Of a stretch of DNA of 64,000 nt, positions 48,101 to 56,607 are shown one piece after another. Where the stretch lies: the IMG/VR virus record IMGVR_UViG_3300045961_000160; one strand, given 5' to 3'. A model generated the notes under the pieces. It made no database searches. It had not been told where the DNA came from and saw only the letters and a program-made list of their open reading frames with translations. This stretch comes from an uncultured virus (IMG/VR IMGVR_UViG_3300045961_000160). Taxonomy: Duplodnaviria; Heunggongvirae; Uroviricota; Caudoviricetes. Both the position numbers and the translations under genes were made by a program. Within the stretch, counting starts at the first letter, position 1; every line of letters starts with the position of its first letter.

Positions 48101-48115
48101 ATTTTTTACAACTGG

Positions 48116-49201
48116 TTATGCCTCTAGGAAAGCCATCAAGCCATCTAAACGTACTTGAAAGCCTCCAACTTCTTCTTCATTTCCTGCATTACAGGAAAAT
48201 TTAAATTTCTCTGATGTTGAATAAAATTGTTGTAAGTTTTGCAAATTTACAATTGGTGCCGATAATAACCTACTGTGAATTTTTGCATTAGGTGCATCGG
48301 TTGCATAATTTGTAAAAACTGGTGTTGATTGATTTGCTACCACATTTGAAATCAAAAAGTTTAAAGGTGAAGTATGATAAGCATTATCACCACCTTGCTC
48401 TACAGATTCTTCACTATCTTTTACTAAACCAAATGTCAAAAGACCTTGCTCATTGATTGTTACACTAAACATTGTAGTAAGCAATGTGCTATTTGATCCA
48501 GTTGATATTGAACGCTGTCCAATTTTCCATCCCGCTGGATTTACATAAACATCATCAATGTTGCCATCAACTGGTTGATTCCATACTGCAGTTGGAATTA
48601 CATTTTGAGGATTGATGCCGTCACTATTAAATCTTAAACTACCATTATTTCCAGGTTGTAACCATACTCCACCCGGTCCAGTAAAAGGAGCCTTTTGTAA
48701 AACAGGATTATTGGTACCATCATAAAAATAATATGTATCAATATTAGATCCATATTTCCATTCAAGTGCACCTCCTTTTGATAGATCTTCTAAAGGAATC
48801 ATTGCCACCCCTTTAAAGTAAATGATTTTACCAATACGTCTTGCTTTTGGTTTTGGCAAATAACCAGACCCAACAGCGTAGTGATCAAACCCTAATAAAT
48901 CATGCCAGCCTGTATCTACTAAACTTCCAGATGGTCCTTGTGGTCCTTGAATACCCTGGGTACCTAAAGCACCTGATGTTCCAGGATTACCTTGAATACC
49001 TTGCGTACCTTTTGTTCCTTGTATAGATGGACCTTGGATACCTTGTATACCTTGTATGCCCTGAACACCTTGGATACCTTGCGGACCATTGATGCCTTGC
49101 TTACCTTGTAAACCATCATAGCCACGCGGACCTCTTAATCCGATTGGTAATGCTTTACAGTGTGAACCATTACAAGTATTATCCTTACACTTTGTACACA
49201 T
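48116..49201 (-). CDS. collagen-like fibre protein with N-terminal Cys/His motif and C-terminal globular domain
   Basis: MCTKCKDNTCNGSHC, then G-X-Y repeats (QGIQGVQGIQG), then a beta-rich domain. Confidence 0.8.
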   Translation of the reverse strand: MCTKCKDNTCNGSHCKALPIGLRGPRGYDGLQGKQGINGPQGIQGVQGIQGIQGIQGPSIQGTKGTQGIQGNPGTSGALGTQGIQGPQGPSGSLVDTGWHDLLGFDHYAVGSGYLPKPKARRIGKIIYFKGVAMIPLEDLSKGGALEWKYGSNIDTYYFYDGTNNPVLQKAPFTGPGGVWLQPGNNGSLRFNSDGINPQNVIPTAVWNQPVDGNIDDVYVNPAGWKIGQRSISTGSNSTLLTTMFSVTINEQGLLTFGLVKDSEESVEQGGDNAYHTSPLNFLISNVVANQSTPVFTNYATDAPNAKIHSRLLSAPIVNLQNLQQFYSTSEKFKFSCNAGNEEEVGGFQVRLDGLMAFLEA

Positions 49202-49211
49202 AATTAATTTT

Positions 49212-49895
49212 TTATCCTAAAATTACCACTCTTACTCTACATGTAACACCGCCTCCGGTTAAACCAATTGTTATTGTACCAGTTGATTCATTTACAGTTA
49301 TGTTTGATATGTATGCAGGTTTAACTAATTCCCAAATACCAGTAGGTGTTGGGTCAGAAGGCATAGCCCAAAGTTGAATATGCCAATCAACCATTGAACT
49401 TAATGTATCAGCGGCTAAACATCCTGCAGGAATATCTGAACAAAGAATAAGTTCTTCTCTTGTAATTGTAATTGTTGTATCATCAAAATTTGTTAAATAC
49501 TCATTAACAAACTTAAATGCATTCACACCAGGGATTCCTTGTTCTCCACGTTCACCTTGAGGTCCAGCATCACCAGCAGGTCCTGTAGGTCCTGTAAGAC
49601 CCATGGCACCGTCAATTCCATTAGTCCCATTAATTCCATTAGCTCCAGGTAATCCAGGATTTCCGGTAGGACCTTGTGGTCCCATTGGTCCTGTTGCACC
49701 CTGAATACCAAAACCACCAGCAACTCCAGGAATTCCTTGAGCCCCTTGTGGTCCTTGAGGTCCTGTAAGTCCAGTATCACCTTTGTCACCCTTATCCCCT
49801 TTATCACCTTGATAACCGCGAGGTCCTCTTAGTCCTTTAGGAAGAGCATTGCAATGTGGATTGTTACATGTATTATCACCGCATTTAACACACAT
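49212..49895 (-). CDS. collagen-like fibre protein with N-terminal Cys/His motif
   Basis: MCVKCGDNTCNNPHC, then roughly 100 aa of G-X-Y repeats. Confidence 0.85.
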   Translation of the reverse strand: MCVKCGDNTCNNPHCNALPKGLRGPRGYQGDKGDKGDKGDTGLTGPQGPQGAQGIPGVAGGFGIQGATGPMGPQGPTGNPGLPGANGINGTNGIDGAMGLTGPTGPAGDAGPQGERGEQGIPGVNAFKFVNEYLTNFDDTTITITREELILCSDIPAGCLAADTLSSMVDWHIQLWAMPSDPTPTGIWELVKPAYISNITVNESTGTITIGLTGGGVTCRVRVVILG

Positions 49896-49897
49896 AA

Positions 49898-50980
49898 TTA
49901 ATAAGTTTTAAATAGTGTAAACATTGAACTCATGATTGCATTAGCTGCATCTACACTTTGCCATTCAGCTTTAACTTCTAAAGTATTTAACACAGTTGTA
50001 TCAAATAAAGTTGATTCAATTGTAGTAAAATTAAACCCTTCAAAAGCATTATTTGAATCTTTATTGTAAATAAATTTACCACTTGTAGCAATTGATGCTG
50101 TTGCTGCAGCTCCAATTGCACGTACCGTAAAATCAATATCTAATGAAAAATCTTTACCTGTAATTTGAGGTAAAACCATAGATGGCGTAGAAGCTAATTG
50201 ATTACCATTTGCTAAAACAGTAATTCTTAAAGTTTGATTGTTTGCGCAAGACACTCTTCCATGCAATGTTCCTTTAAAAGAATCACCTCTTTGAAAAATA
50301 TTTGCAGGTACTGACAAAGTTCCTTCACCTGCACCTAAAAGATCATTTGGTGAATTAGCATTTGTTATTGTAACTGAATCATTTGTTTGCGCAAATAACC
50401 CTGCAGAAGATGGTTCTGCACTACCTGCAGGTCCTTGTACACCTTGTGTACCAATTCCTACAAGACCTTGTGTACCTTGTAGGCCAATAAGACCCTGTGT
50501 GCCTTGCAAACCAGTAAGCCCTTGAATACCATCTGCACCAGTTCGGCCTTGTATTCCTTGTACACCCTGTGTACCTTGAATTCCTGTTATTCCTTGCACA
50601 CCTTGTGCACCAGTTGTTCCTTGAGGACCAGGGGTTAATTGAATATTGCAAATAAAATCCACAGTTAATGCCAATGCTTCTTGCATTGAAGAACCTGCAG
50701 GGATAATTACTTCAGTTCCACATAAGATGTCTTCTATAGTAACCAATCCTTGTTTTCTGCAGAAATAGTCTGTAATCTTAGCAATTGCTACTGCCAAATT
50801 ATCATTTTGCTCAATAACAACGTCTGTACCGCATTTAATATCTAAACCGGTATAAATTGTACACTGCGCATCTGTAATTTCAGTACATGGTTGCGGAGTA
50901 GGGCATACAGGCGTAGAACAATCTACGCAAGGTGTTGTACTTGAAATTGGGTGTGCTTGTTGACATGTAGGACAACTCAT
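49898..50980 (-). CDS. Cys-rich collagen-like fibre protein
   Basis: Cys-rich N-terminus, duplicated DI.CGT.V.I...AI/L..I/VD..C unit, G-X-Q collagen run and beta-rich C-terminus. Confidence 0.8.
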   Translation of the reverse strand: MSCPTCQQAHPISSTTPCVDCSTPVCPTPQPCTEITDAQCTIYTGLDIKCGTDVVIEQNDNLAVAIAKITDYFCRKQGLVTIEDILCGTEVIIPAGSSMQEALALTVDFICNIQLTPGPQGTTGAQGVQGITGIQGTQGVQGIQGRTGADGIQGLTGLQGTQGLIGLQGTQGLVGIGTQGVQGPAGSAEPSSAGLFAQTNDSVTITNANSPNDLLGAGEGTLSVPANIFQRGDSFKGTLHGRVSCANNQTLRITVLANGNQLASTPSMVLPQITGKDFSLDIDFTVRAIGAAATASIATSGKFIYNKDSNNAFEGFNFTTIESTLFDTTVLNTLEVKAEWQSVDAANAIMSSMFTLFKTY

Positions 50981-50991
50981 ATCTTAAAGTA

Positions 50992-51699
50992 TTATAATTG
51001 TTGTGTAAATAAATTTGCTGAACCAATTGTAATATTGCAATCACCACATTTTACAACTACTCCATATGTAACCATTACTAAATAAAGTCCGTAATAATCA
51101 AGAGGTGTTAATTCTGGGTGAGCAGTTTGCAAATAATTAAACATGATTCCTAAACCACTATAACCATTAAATGCTGAAGCTTCAATAAGCTCTAGGTCAT
51201 TTAAATCATCATAGTTAACAGGTACCGACAATGAACTTAATTCTGATGCTTCTATCCATGCATTGTAGGCACTCATAAAGTCTGTATTACAACATGGAGG
51301 TGTAACACCGCCAATAGCTGTTACAAGGCAATCTAATTGCGCTACAGATAGTTTATATTCAACACAACAAGGATACTTTGCAGTTTGTCCAACTGGTGTA
51401 AAATAATTAACTACTGCCGCTAACTTAGAACAATCTCCAATAAAGTAAAAACCTCTAGGATCGGTGCAATCAGGACAACACAAACGCGTATTATTAGTTG
51501 CAACAACTCCGCTGTTTAATACAGTATACAATGCAGTATAAATTGTATGCACTGTTGTAACCGGTGTGTTTCCAATTTGAGGACCAGAATAATCAGTTCC
51601 TAAAATTGAAAAAGCTTGATTCAAAACATGAATCAATGGATTAGCACACAATGATGCATTGCATGTACAAGAAGTTTTATTGCATTTAGAACAGCTCAT
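50992..51699 (-). CDS. Cys-rich putative structural protein, paralog of 51702-52364
   Basis: Shares C.NP, LN.GV, CCP.C, CC..Y, CC.T.F and GVVVKC..C...IGSA with the neighbour. Confidence 0.7.
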   Translation of the reverse strand: MSCSKCNKTSCTCNASLCANPLIHVLNQAFSILGTDYSGPQIGNTPVTTVHTIYTALYTVLNSGVVATNNTRLCCPDCTDPRGFYFIGDCSKLAAVVNYFTPVGQTAKYPCCVEYKLSVAQLDCLVTAIGGVTPPCCNTDFMSAYNAWIEASELSSLSVPVNYDDLNDLELIEASAFNGYSGLGIMFNYLQTAHPELTPLDYYGLYLVMVTYGVVVKCGDCNITIGSANLFTQQL

Positions 51700-51701
51700 G
51701 G

Positions 51702-52364
51702 TTAATCTAAAAATGTATTAAAATAATCAGCAGCTGAACCAATGTAAACAGTACAACCTGTACATTTAACTACAACACCTGCTGTAAATAAAGTTTCAAG
51801 AATAACACCTAACTCTTCACCGGTTAGATATTTATTAAATGCTTTTAGTTGATTGTAAATTAAACAAATTGCAGACTCGCTATTGATAGAATTATATTCC
51901 ATCAAACCACCTGTAAATGTAAAACTACCATCCATTAAATCCTGATTGATTGCTGTAATACAATCAATAAAATTAGTTGCACAGCAATCTAAATTTTTAA
52001 GTGTTGGATTTGCATTTAAAAATGAAGGATCTCCAATGTAATTCAAACAACAAGTTAGTCCTGGAATAAGACTGCTCAAACTAGTTTGAAAAGTATTTGC
52101 ATAACCCAAGTAATAAATATCATTACATCCAGGACAACAAAATTTACCAGTGTTAGAAATATTTACTCCAGCATTTAATAATGCTGCAATTTCTACATCA
52201 ATAGCTGTGTTGTTTTTCTTTGCTGTAATTAATGCCTCATTGATCAAATAAACAATTGGGTTAATACAACTAGGTGTAGCCAATACTGCAGCTGTAGGAC
52301 AAGTGATCTTGGTCCCAATGGTTAATGCGCTATTACTTGTACAATGCTTTTTCATCTTATCCAA
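51702..52364 (-). CDS. Cys-rich putative structural protein, paralog of 50992-51699
   Basis: Same Cys framework as the neighbouring gene. Confidence 0.7.
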   Translation of the reverse strand: MDKMKKHCTSNSALTIGTKITCPTAAVLATPSCINPIVYLINEALITAKKNNTAIDVEIAALLNAGVNISNTGKFCCPGCNDIYYLGYANTFQTSLSSLIPGLTCCLNYIGDPSFLNANPTLKNLDCCATNFIDCITAINQDLMDGSFTFTGGLMEYNSINSESAICLIYNQLKAFNKYLTGEELGVILETLFTAGVVVKCTGCTVYIGSAADYFNTFLD

Positions 52365-52863
52365 TTAATAAATTCAACTGCGTTTGAATAGCTGCAAGTT
52401 GTTGACCCAATTGTTGGATTGCATTATTCTGAGTTTGAATAGTAATTTGTTGTTCACACAATTTGACACCAATTGCAGTAACATATTCTGTCATTTGCAT
52501 TGTAGTAACATCTTCTCTTTGGAAGCATGTTGCCAATGTCATCTCGCAATCAGGGCAACCTGCAGTTGCTGTAGCATTTGATGTTGTAGTAGTTTGTTTT
52601 GCTGCAGCATCAATAAGCAATTGAATTAATTCTACAAAATTTGCCGGTGGACAATCTTTTCCAATAAGATCTGCTAAGTCATATGACTTAACATCTAACA
52701 GTTCAAAAATTGTACAAAGTTTCTTTGCAATTTCATTAATTACATCACTTACTGTGTCACCATGACAAACATTAATGCAACACAAATCTGGTCCTTGCCA
52801 TACAACACAATTACTTGTTGTTACAGCACATCCAGTACTTCTAGTATTTGTTGGCTTTCCCAT
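52357..52863 (-). CDS. Cys-rich coiled-coil putative fibre/adaptor protein
   Basis: SNCVVWQGPDLCCINVCHGD resembles QCTIYTGLDIKCG of 49898-50980; C-terminal heptad pattern. Confidence 0.65.
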   Translation of the reverse strand: MGKPTNTRSTGCAVTTSNCVVWQGPDLCCINVCHGDTVSDVINEIAKKLCTIFELLDVKSYDLADLIGKDCPPANFVELIQLLIDAAAKQTTTTSNATATAGCPDCEMTLATCFQREDVTTMQMTEYVTAIGVKLCEQQITIQTQNNAIQQLGQQLAAIQTQLNLLIG

Positions 52864-52868
52864 AACTT

Positions 52869-52877
52869 ATAATATAC
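52869..52877 (-). promoter_or_regulatory. putative late-promoter motif GTATATTAT
   Basis: Intergenic; 16-bp identity with the motif at 47995-48010. Confidence 0.6.
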
Positions 52878-52907
52878 TAATTTTAATTTAATTTTCCTAA
52901 TCCATGA

Positions 52908-53684
52908 CTAACAGGAAGTCGCATTTTCTACAAACTGTACTGCAAGGACTTGTGAGTGATTAACCAAGATATAAATGTCTTGTGCTGTTTGTTGTGTAAT
53001 ACCACATATGAACACTGTATATGCTTGTTGCGCACTTACAAACTGAACTGTACGTGGAGTACCATTACAGTCTTTAAAATACAAAATACCTTCAACATTT
53101 GAAGGAATTGTAACACTGTATTGTTTACATATAGCAGATGGGTTTGTAGTAACACAAGCATTCGGATCCTCCGCCATGTTCATTTTTAAAATCTCTAATT
53201 CAATCTTTGCTTGCATTAGATCAATTGGACAGCAAAACTCAATACCAAATCTTAAACCTAAAACTTTTTGGTATTCAGCTTGTGCATATTCACACATTAT
53301 TTCTTCTGCTTCAAATGGATCTGCGTTATTAACTTTAAACTCCGGATAGATTGTTTTATGATTCAATAATGGTTTTGGGTGTTCATGTTTAGGAACACAT
53401 TCTTCACATGTGCTTACACATTCAACAGTAAAGAATACTTCTTCAAATTTAAACTCTTCCCACTCATCATGACAGTCAGCATCAACAAGAGTATAACATC
53501 CATGAATATCATTTCCATGAATGTCAGTTATTCTAGTAAGAACTTTGTTATACATTGAATCTGGAGTATTTTCATTGTTGAAAAGTCCAATGTATTCAAA
53601 CTTAGCTGGAAGTCCGTTGACTTCAAGAATCTTACCAGACTGGCAACATTTAAGTTGATAATATTCTGGAGTTCTGGTTCCCAT
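52908..53684 (-). CDS. Cys-rich structural protein (tail hub-like position)
   Basis: 258 aa; RFGIEFCC motif; gene order after the auxiliary capsid gene. Confidence 0.55.
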   Translation of the reverse strand: MGTRTPEYYQLKCCQSGKILEVNGLPAKFEYIGLFNNENTPDSMYNKVLTRITDIHGNDIHGCYTLVDADCHDEWEEFKFEEVFFTVECVSTCEECVPKHEHPKPLLNHKTIYPEFKVNNADPFEAEEIMCEYAQAEYQKVLGLRFGIEFCCPIDLMQAKIELEILKMNMAEDPNACVTTNPSAICKQYSVTIPSNVEGILYFKDCNGTPRTVQFVSAQQAYTVFICGITQQTAQDIYILVNHSQVLAVQFVENATSC

Positions 53685-53686
53685 TT

Positions 53687-53842
53687 TTATTTGGATTTAG
53701 GATAAATATTTTGACCTTCTGCAATTTGTGCATTTACTGTAGCAACGCATGCAGAACAGCAAGAAACACCATTTGTAGCATTTACGATATATGTACCTGT
53801 ACATGTACAAGTACCACAGTTTTGACATGTTTGTGAAGCCAT
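53687..53842 (-). CDS. 51-aa Cys-rich protein (not in ORF track)
   Basis: MASQTCQNCGTCTCTGTYIVNATNGVSCCSACVATVNAQIAEGQNIYPKSK fills the gap between neighbours almost exactly; 7 Cys. Confidence 0.75.
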   Translation of the reverse strand: MASQTCQNCGTCTCTGTYIVNATNGVSCCSACVATVNAQIAEGQNIYPKSK

Positions 53843-53843
53843 C

Positions 53844-54404
53844 TTAACAAAGTTTACAAGAGAATTTATCTAATAATTTTTTTGCATAGTTGTAAAGCAC
53901 CATAGCTTCTTCTGCTTTTAAACAATATTCAGCTTTGGCTTTTGCTGCATCAATGTAACCTGTAATTTCCATTAATGCATTGAACTTATCCTCAGTTTCA
54001 GGAATTGGTTCACACGCGCTAAGTTTTAATTTACACCACTCTTCTTTTAACTGTTTTCTTAATGCAGTCACACGTAAGTGATTATACTCAACATACATTT
54101 TATCATGTGGAGACAATGCATATTTAATGACATATATTCCATCAGGCAAAGGGTAAAACTCATCACCGCATCTATTTGTTTGAACTTTTAAATTACAAGC
54201 AGACAGATTTAAAATAAAGTTTGCTCCTACAGCTGGAACCGTTGTGTCATTAAATGTAACACAATCCTTATATCCAGGAACTAACACTTGAACTGTAGGA
54301 CAGATGTAAGGCATAAGGGGATCATAAATACTTGTGTCTTCTATTCTTAGAACACAATCAGTCATTATATCCGGGATGTTTAAGCTTAATGAATTTGTTG
54401 CCAT
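53844..54404 (-). CDS. tail hub-like structural protein (start revised to ATG 54404)
   Basis: LPDGIYVIKY motif and helical C-terminus (A..LYNYAKKLL). The ORF-track start at 54455 lies inside a terminator. Confidence 0.6.
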   Translation of the reverse strand: MATNSLSLNIPDIMTDCVLRIEDTSIYDPLMPYICPTVQVLVPGYKDCVTFNDTTVPAVGANFILNLSACNLKVQTNRCGDEFYPLPDGIYVIKYALSPHDKMYVEYNHLRVTALRKQLKEEWCKLKLSACEPIPETEDKFNALMEITGYIDAAKAKAEYCLKAEEAMVLYNYAKKLLDKFSCKLC

Positions 54405-54415
54405 GTTTTGTATTT

Positions 54416-54457
54416 TAAAAAAAATGGAGAATAGAGAAAAACCTCCATTCTCCATTT
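54416..54457 (-). terminator. intrinsic terminator after the auxiliary capsid gene
   Basis: Long inverted repeat AAATGGAGAATGGAG/CTCTATTCTCCATTT followed by a T-run on the - strand. Confidence 0.8.
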
Positions 54458-54481
54458 ATGAAGACACTTAGTAAAATTTAC

Positions 54482-56056
54482 TTAGATTACTTGCGGTGTG
54501 TATGCTGTGTGCGAGAATGAAGTCAACGCAACAGGAACACCTGCAGCAGCTAACCATGTAGACATGAATGTTTCAAACGCTGCAGCAGAAGCCGTAGTAG
54601 GGATGTAAATGTTCAATGCATATTGATCATTGTCATAAACACCAGACGGGTTGTTGTAACGTGGAACACTGTGTTGAAGCACATAGCGTGTATACAAAGC
54701 ATTGCGGTTCACTGAGTTCAAAATATCAGTACCTTGAGTAATCTCACGGATACGAGTATCTGAATGGAAGTGATTTTGTAAATAAGACTCATCAAGAATC
54801 AAATCACGCAATACAGTTTCACCAAAACCTTGACCTTGGAAACCAGCATACTCTTTGCTTGCGCATAATGCTGAAAACTCACATGGATCACCAGTTAAGT
54901 CAGTTAATGACAAGTTCATTTGAACTACTTCTTTCTCATAGAAATCAGAGTTTTGGAATGAACAGTTACCAAACTTAGTTTCAACATAAGCACTGATCAA
55001 ACGGATACCAGCAACGTTACCAGCAATGTGACCTGGGCTTACATAAGTTGACCATACATTACCTGAAGGATAACCAGCAGCAACAGCTTCAGCAGCAGTA
55101 GCAAATAATGGAACACCTTGCTCAGTGTATACAATTGGACGAACAAAGTTAGAAATCCAAAGGTCATTGATGATTTGGTTTGCCCAATTGATCATAACTA
55201 ATGTAGAATCTACAGGAGTTGGAGCAATTGCATCATTAGCGCAACAACCAGTGTAAGCAGCTAAAGTTTTGTACAAATCATGGTTCAAGAAACGCAATAC
55301 TGGTGAACCCCAAAGGTCAATACGTAAGTTGTATGTTTCACCACAAACAAACTCAAAGTTACATTTTGCATGTGAATCATATTTAAGGTCAGAAACAGTA
55401 ACAGTAGAAACTGTACCAGCAACGTAAGGAACTGCAGGACCTACAGTTAATACATCACCTACAACATAACCTTGACCACCTTTGTTTACAGTTACTGCAG
55501 TAACAACACCACCAGCAACAGTAACATCAGCTGTGAAACCTGCACCTGAACCACCTGTAAAGGCAACGTTAGTGTAAGTACCATCAGTATAACCTGTACC
55601 AGCAACTAAAGTACCAACTGTGTTAACACTGTTAGCATTCCAGTTAGTGTTACCTAAATGCCAAATTGATTGCTCAGCATTAGCACCAGCTGCTTTAGAA
55701 AATTTATGAACAAACTTAGGGTTGATCATTTTTGATTTGTTTGACTCTTTGTACCCACCGTGGAAAGGTCCAATTTTGTCATTTTGCATCAAAGAAGATG
55801 CAGCCAATACTAACGGCTTACCAGCAGTAACAGCAGCAGAAGCAGCGTTTACAGAAAGGTAAGTGTTAGGATCAAAGAAACCAAATGTTCCAACACCTAA
55901 TTGGAATGGAGCAGCTGTATTTGACAATTCAGCAGATGGGATACCTGCATCAAGCAAAAAGCCTTTTTCAACTCCTGCACGAACACCAGCAGATGCTGTT
56001 TGTGTCGCTTTTGTACCTAAGAATGACTTGCGGTACGCGTGATTAAAATAACTCAT
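54482..56056 (-). CDS. auxiliary capsid (decoration) protein, crAss001 gp36-like
   Basis: 524 aa; has its own promoter and terminator and MCP-like codon usage (CGT, TTC, AAC, ATC), implying high expression; C-terminal QGFGE...Y..Y.L.H motif; gene order. Confidence 0.65.
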   Translation of the reverse strand: MSYFNHAYRKSFLGTKATQTASAGVRAGVEKGFLLDAGIPSAELSNTAAPFQLGVGTFGFFDPNTYLSVNAASAAVTAGKPLVLAASSLMQNDKIGPFHGGYKESNKSKMINPKFVHKFSKAAGANAEQSIWHLGNTNWNANSVNTVGTLVAGTGYTDGTYTNVAFTGGSGAGFTADVTVAGGVVTAVTVNKGGQGYVVGDVLTVGPAVPYVAGTVSTVTVSDLKYDSHAKCNFEFVCGETYNLRIDLWGSPVLRFLNHDLYKTLAAYTGCCANDAIAPTPVDSTLVMINWANQIINDLWISNFVRPIVYTEQGVPLFATAAEAVAAGYPSGNVWSTYVSPGHIAGNVAGIRLISAYVETKFGNCSFQNSDFYEKEVVQMNLSLTDLTGDPCEFSALCASKEYAGFQGQGFGETVLRDLILDESYLQNHFHSDTRIREITQGTDILNSVNRNALYTRYVLQHSVPRYNNPSGVYDNDQYALNIYIPTTASAAAFETFMSTWLAAAGVPVALTSFSHTAYTPQVI

Positions 56057-56086
56057 TTTTCTTTTTTTTAATTAATAAACAATACT

Positions 56087-56117
56087 ATAATATAAGAAAA
56101 TATTTCTAAATAGTCAA
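56087..56117 (-). promoter_or_regulatory. putative promoter TTGACT-N17-TATATT(AT)
   Basis: - strand TTGACTATTTAGAAATATTTTCTTATATTAT, upstream of 56056. Confidence 0.65.
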
Positions 56118-56146
56118 GACTAACATAGAAATTTTTTAAAGCTTAA

Positions 56147-56602
56147 TTATTTTAAGAACAACAACTTGTACTTAATTGAATTGATTGTGCTTTTAGCAGT
56201 ATCCAAATCATTTACAATTTCTGAATAAGGCATCATTGTTTGAAGACCATTAATCATGTCTTTTAGCTCATTACAGTAAGCCAAGGCTTCTTCTACAGTA
56301 TTCAAAGATCTTGGTGCTGAATCTGTATAAGTTAGTAAACACTCAGCAGCACCTTGGTACCCTTCTGCAAGATCATCTGCATGTCCTGGCATTGCATCAT
56401 ACAATTCATTTAATGCTTTGTGTGCAGCATAAGAACCCATACCATTCACTTTTAAGTGAAGTTTATGAAATGAAGTTGCAGCATTCATAAATTCAGCAAC
56501 AACCATAGCTGTATGTGTTTCACAATTGTGACCTGTTGTAGTAGGTTTTTGCATAGATGTTTGTGTTGGTCTTTTCAAAAGATTTCTTTGTGGAGTTTGC
56601 AT
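56147..56602 (-). CDS. Dps/ferritin-like four-helix-bundle protein (DUF5856-like)
   Basis: HKLHL...SYAAHKALNELYD...DDLAEGYQG...EIVNDLD...KYKLLFLK pattern. Confidence 0.75.
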   Translation of the reverse strand: MQTPQRNLLKRPTQTSMQKPTTTGHNCETHTAMVVAEFMNAATSFHKLHLKVNGMGSYAAHKALNELYDAMPGHADDLAEGYQGAAECLLTYTDSAPRSLNTVEEALAYCNELKDMINGLQTMMPYSEIVNDLDTAKSTINSIKYKLLFLK

Positions 56603-56607
56603 TTTGC

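Noticed and set aside
48116..50980. Eukaryotic collagen or contamination
   Set aside because: The G-X-Y repeats are in intronless, operon-packed genes within a phage tail module with matching base composition.
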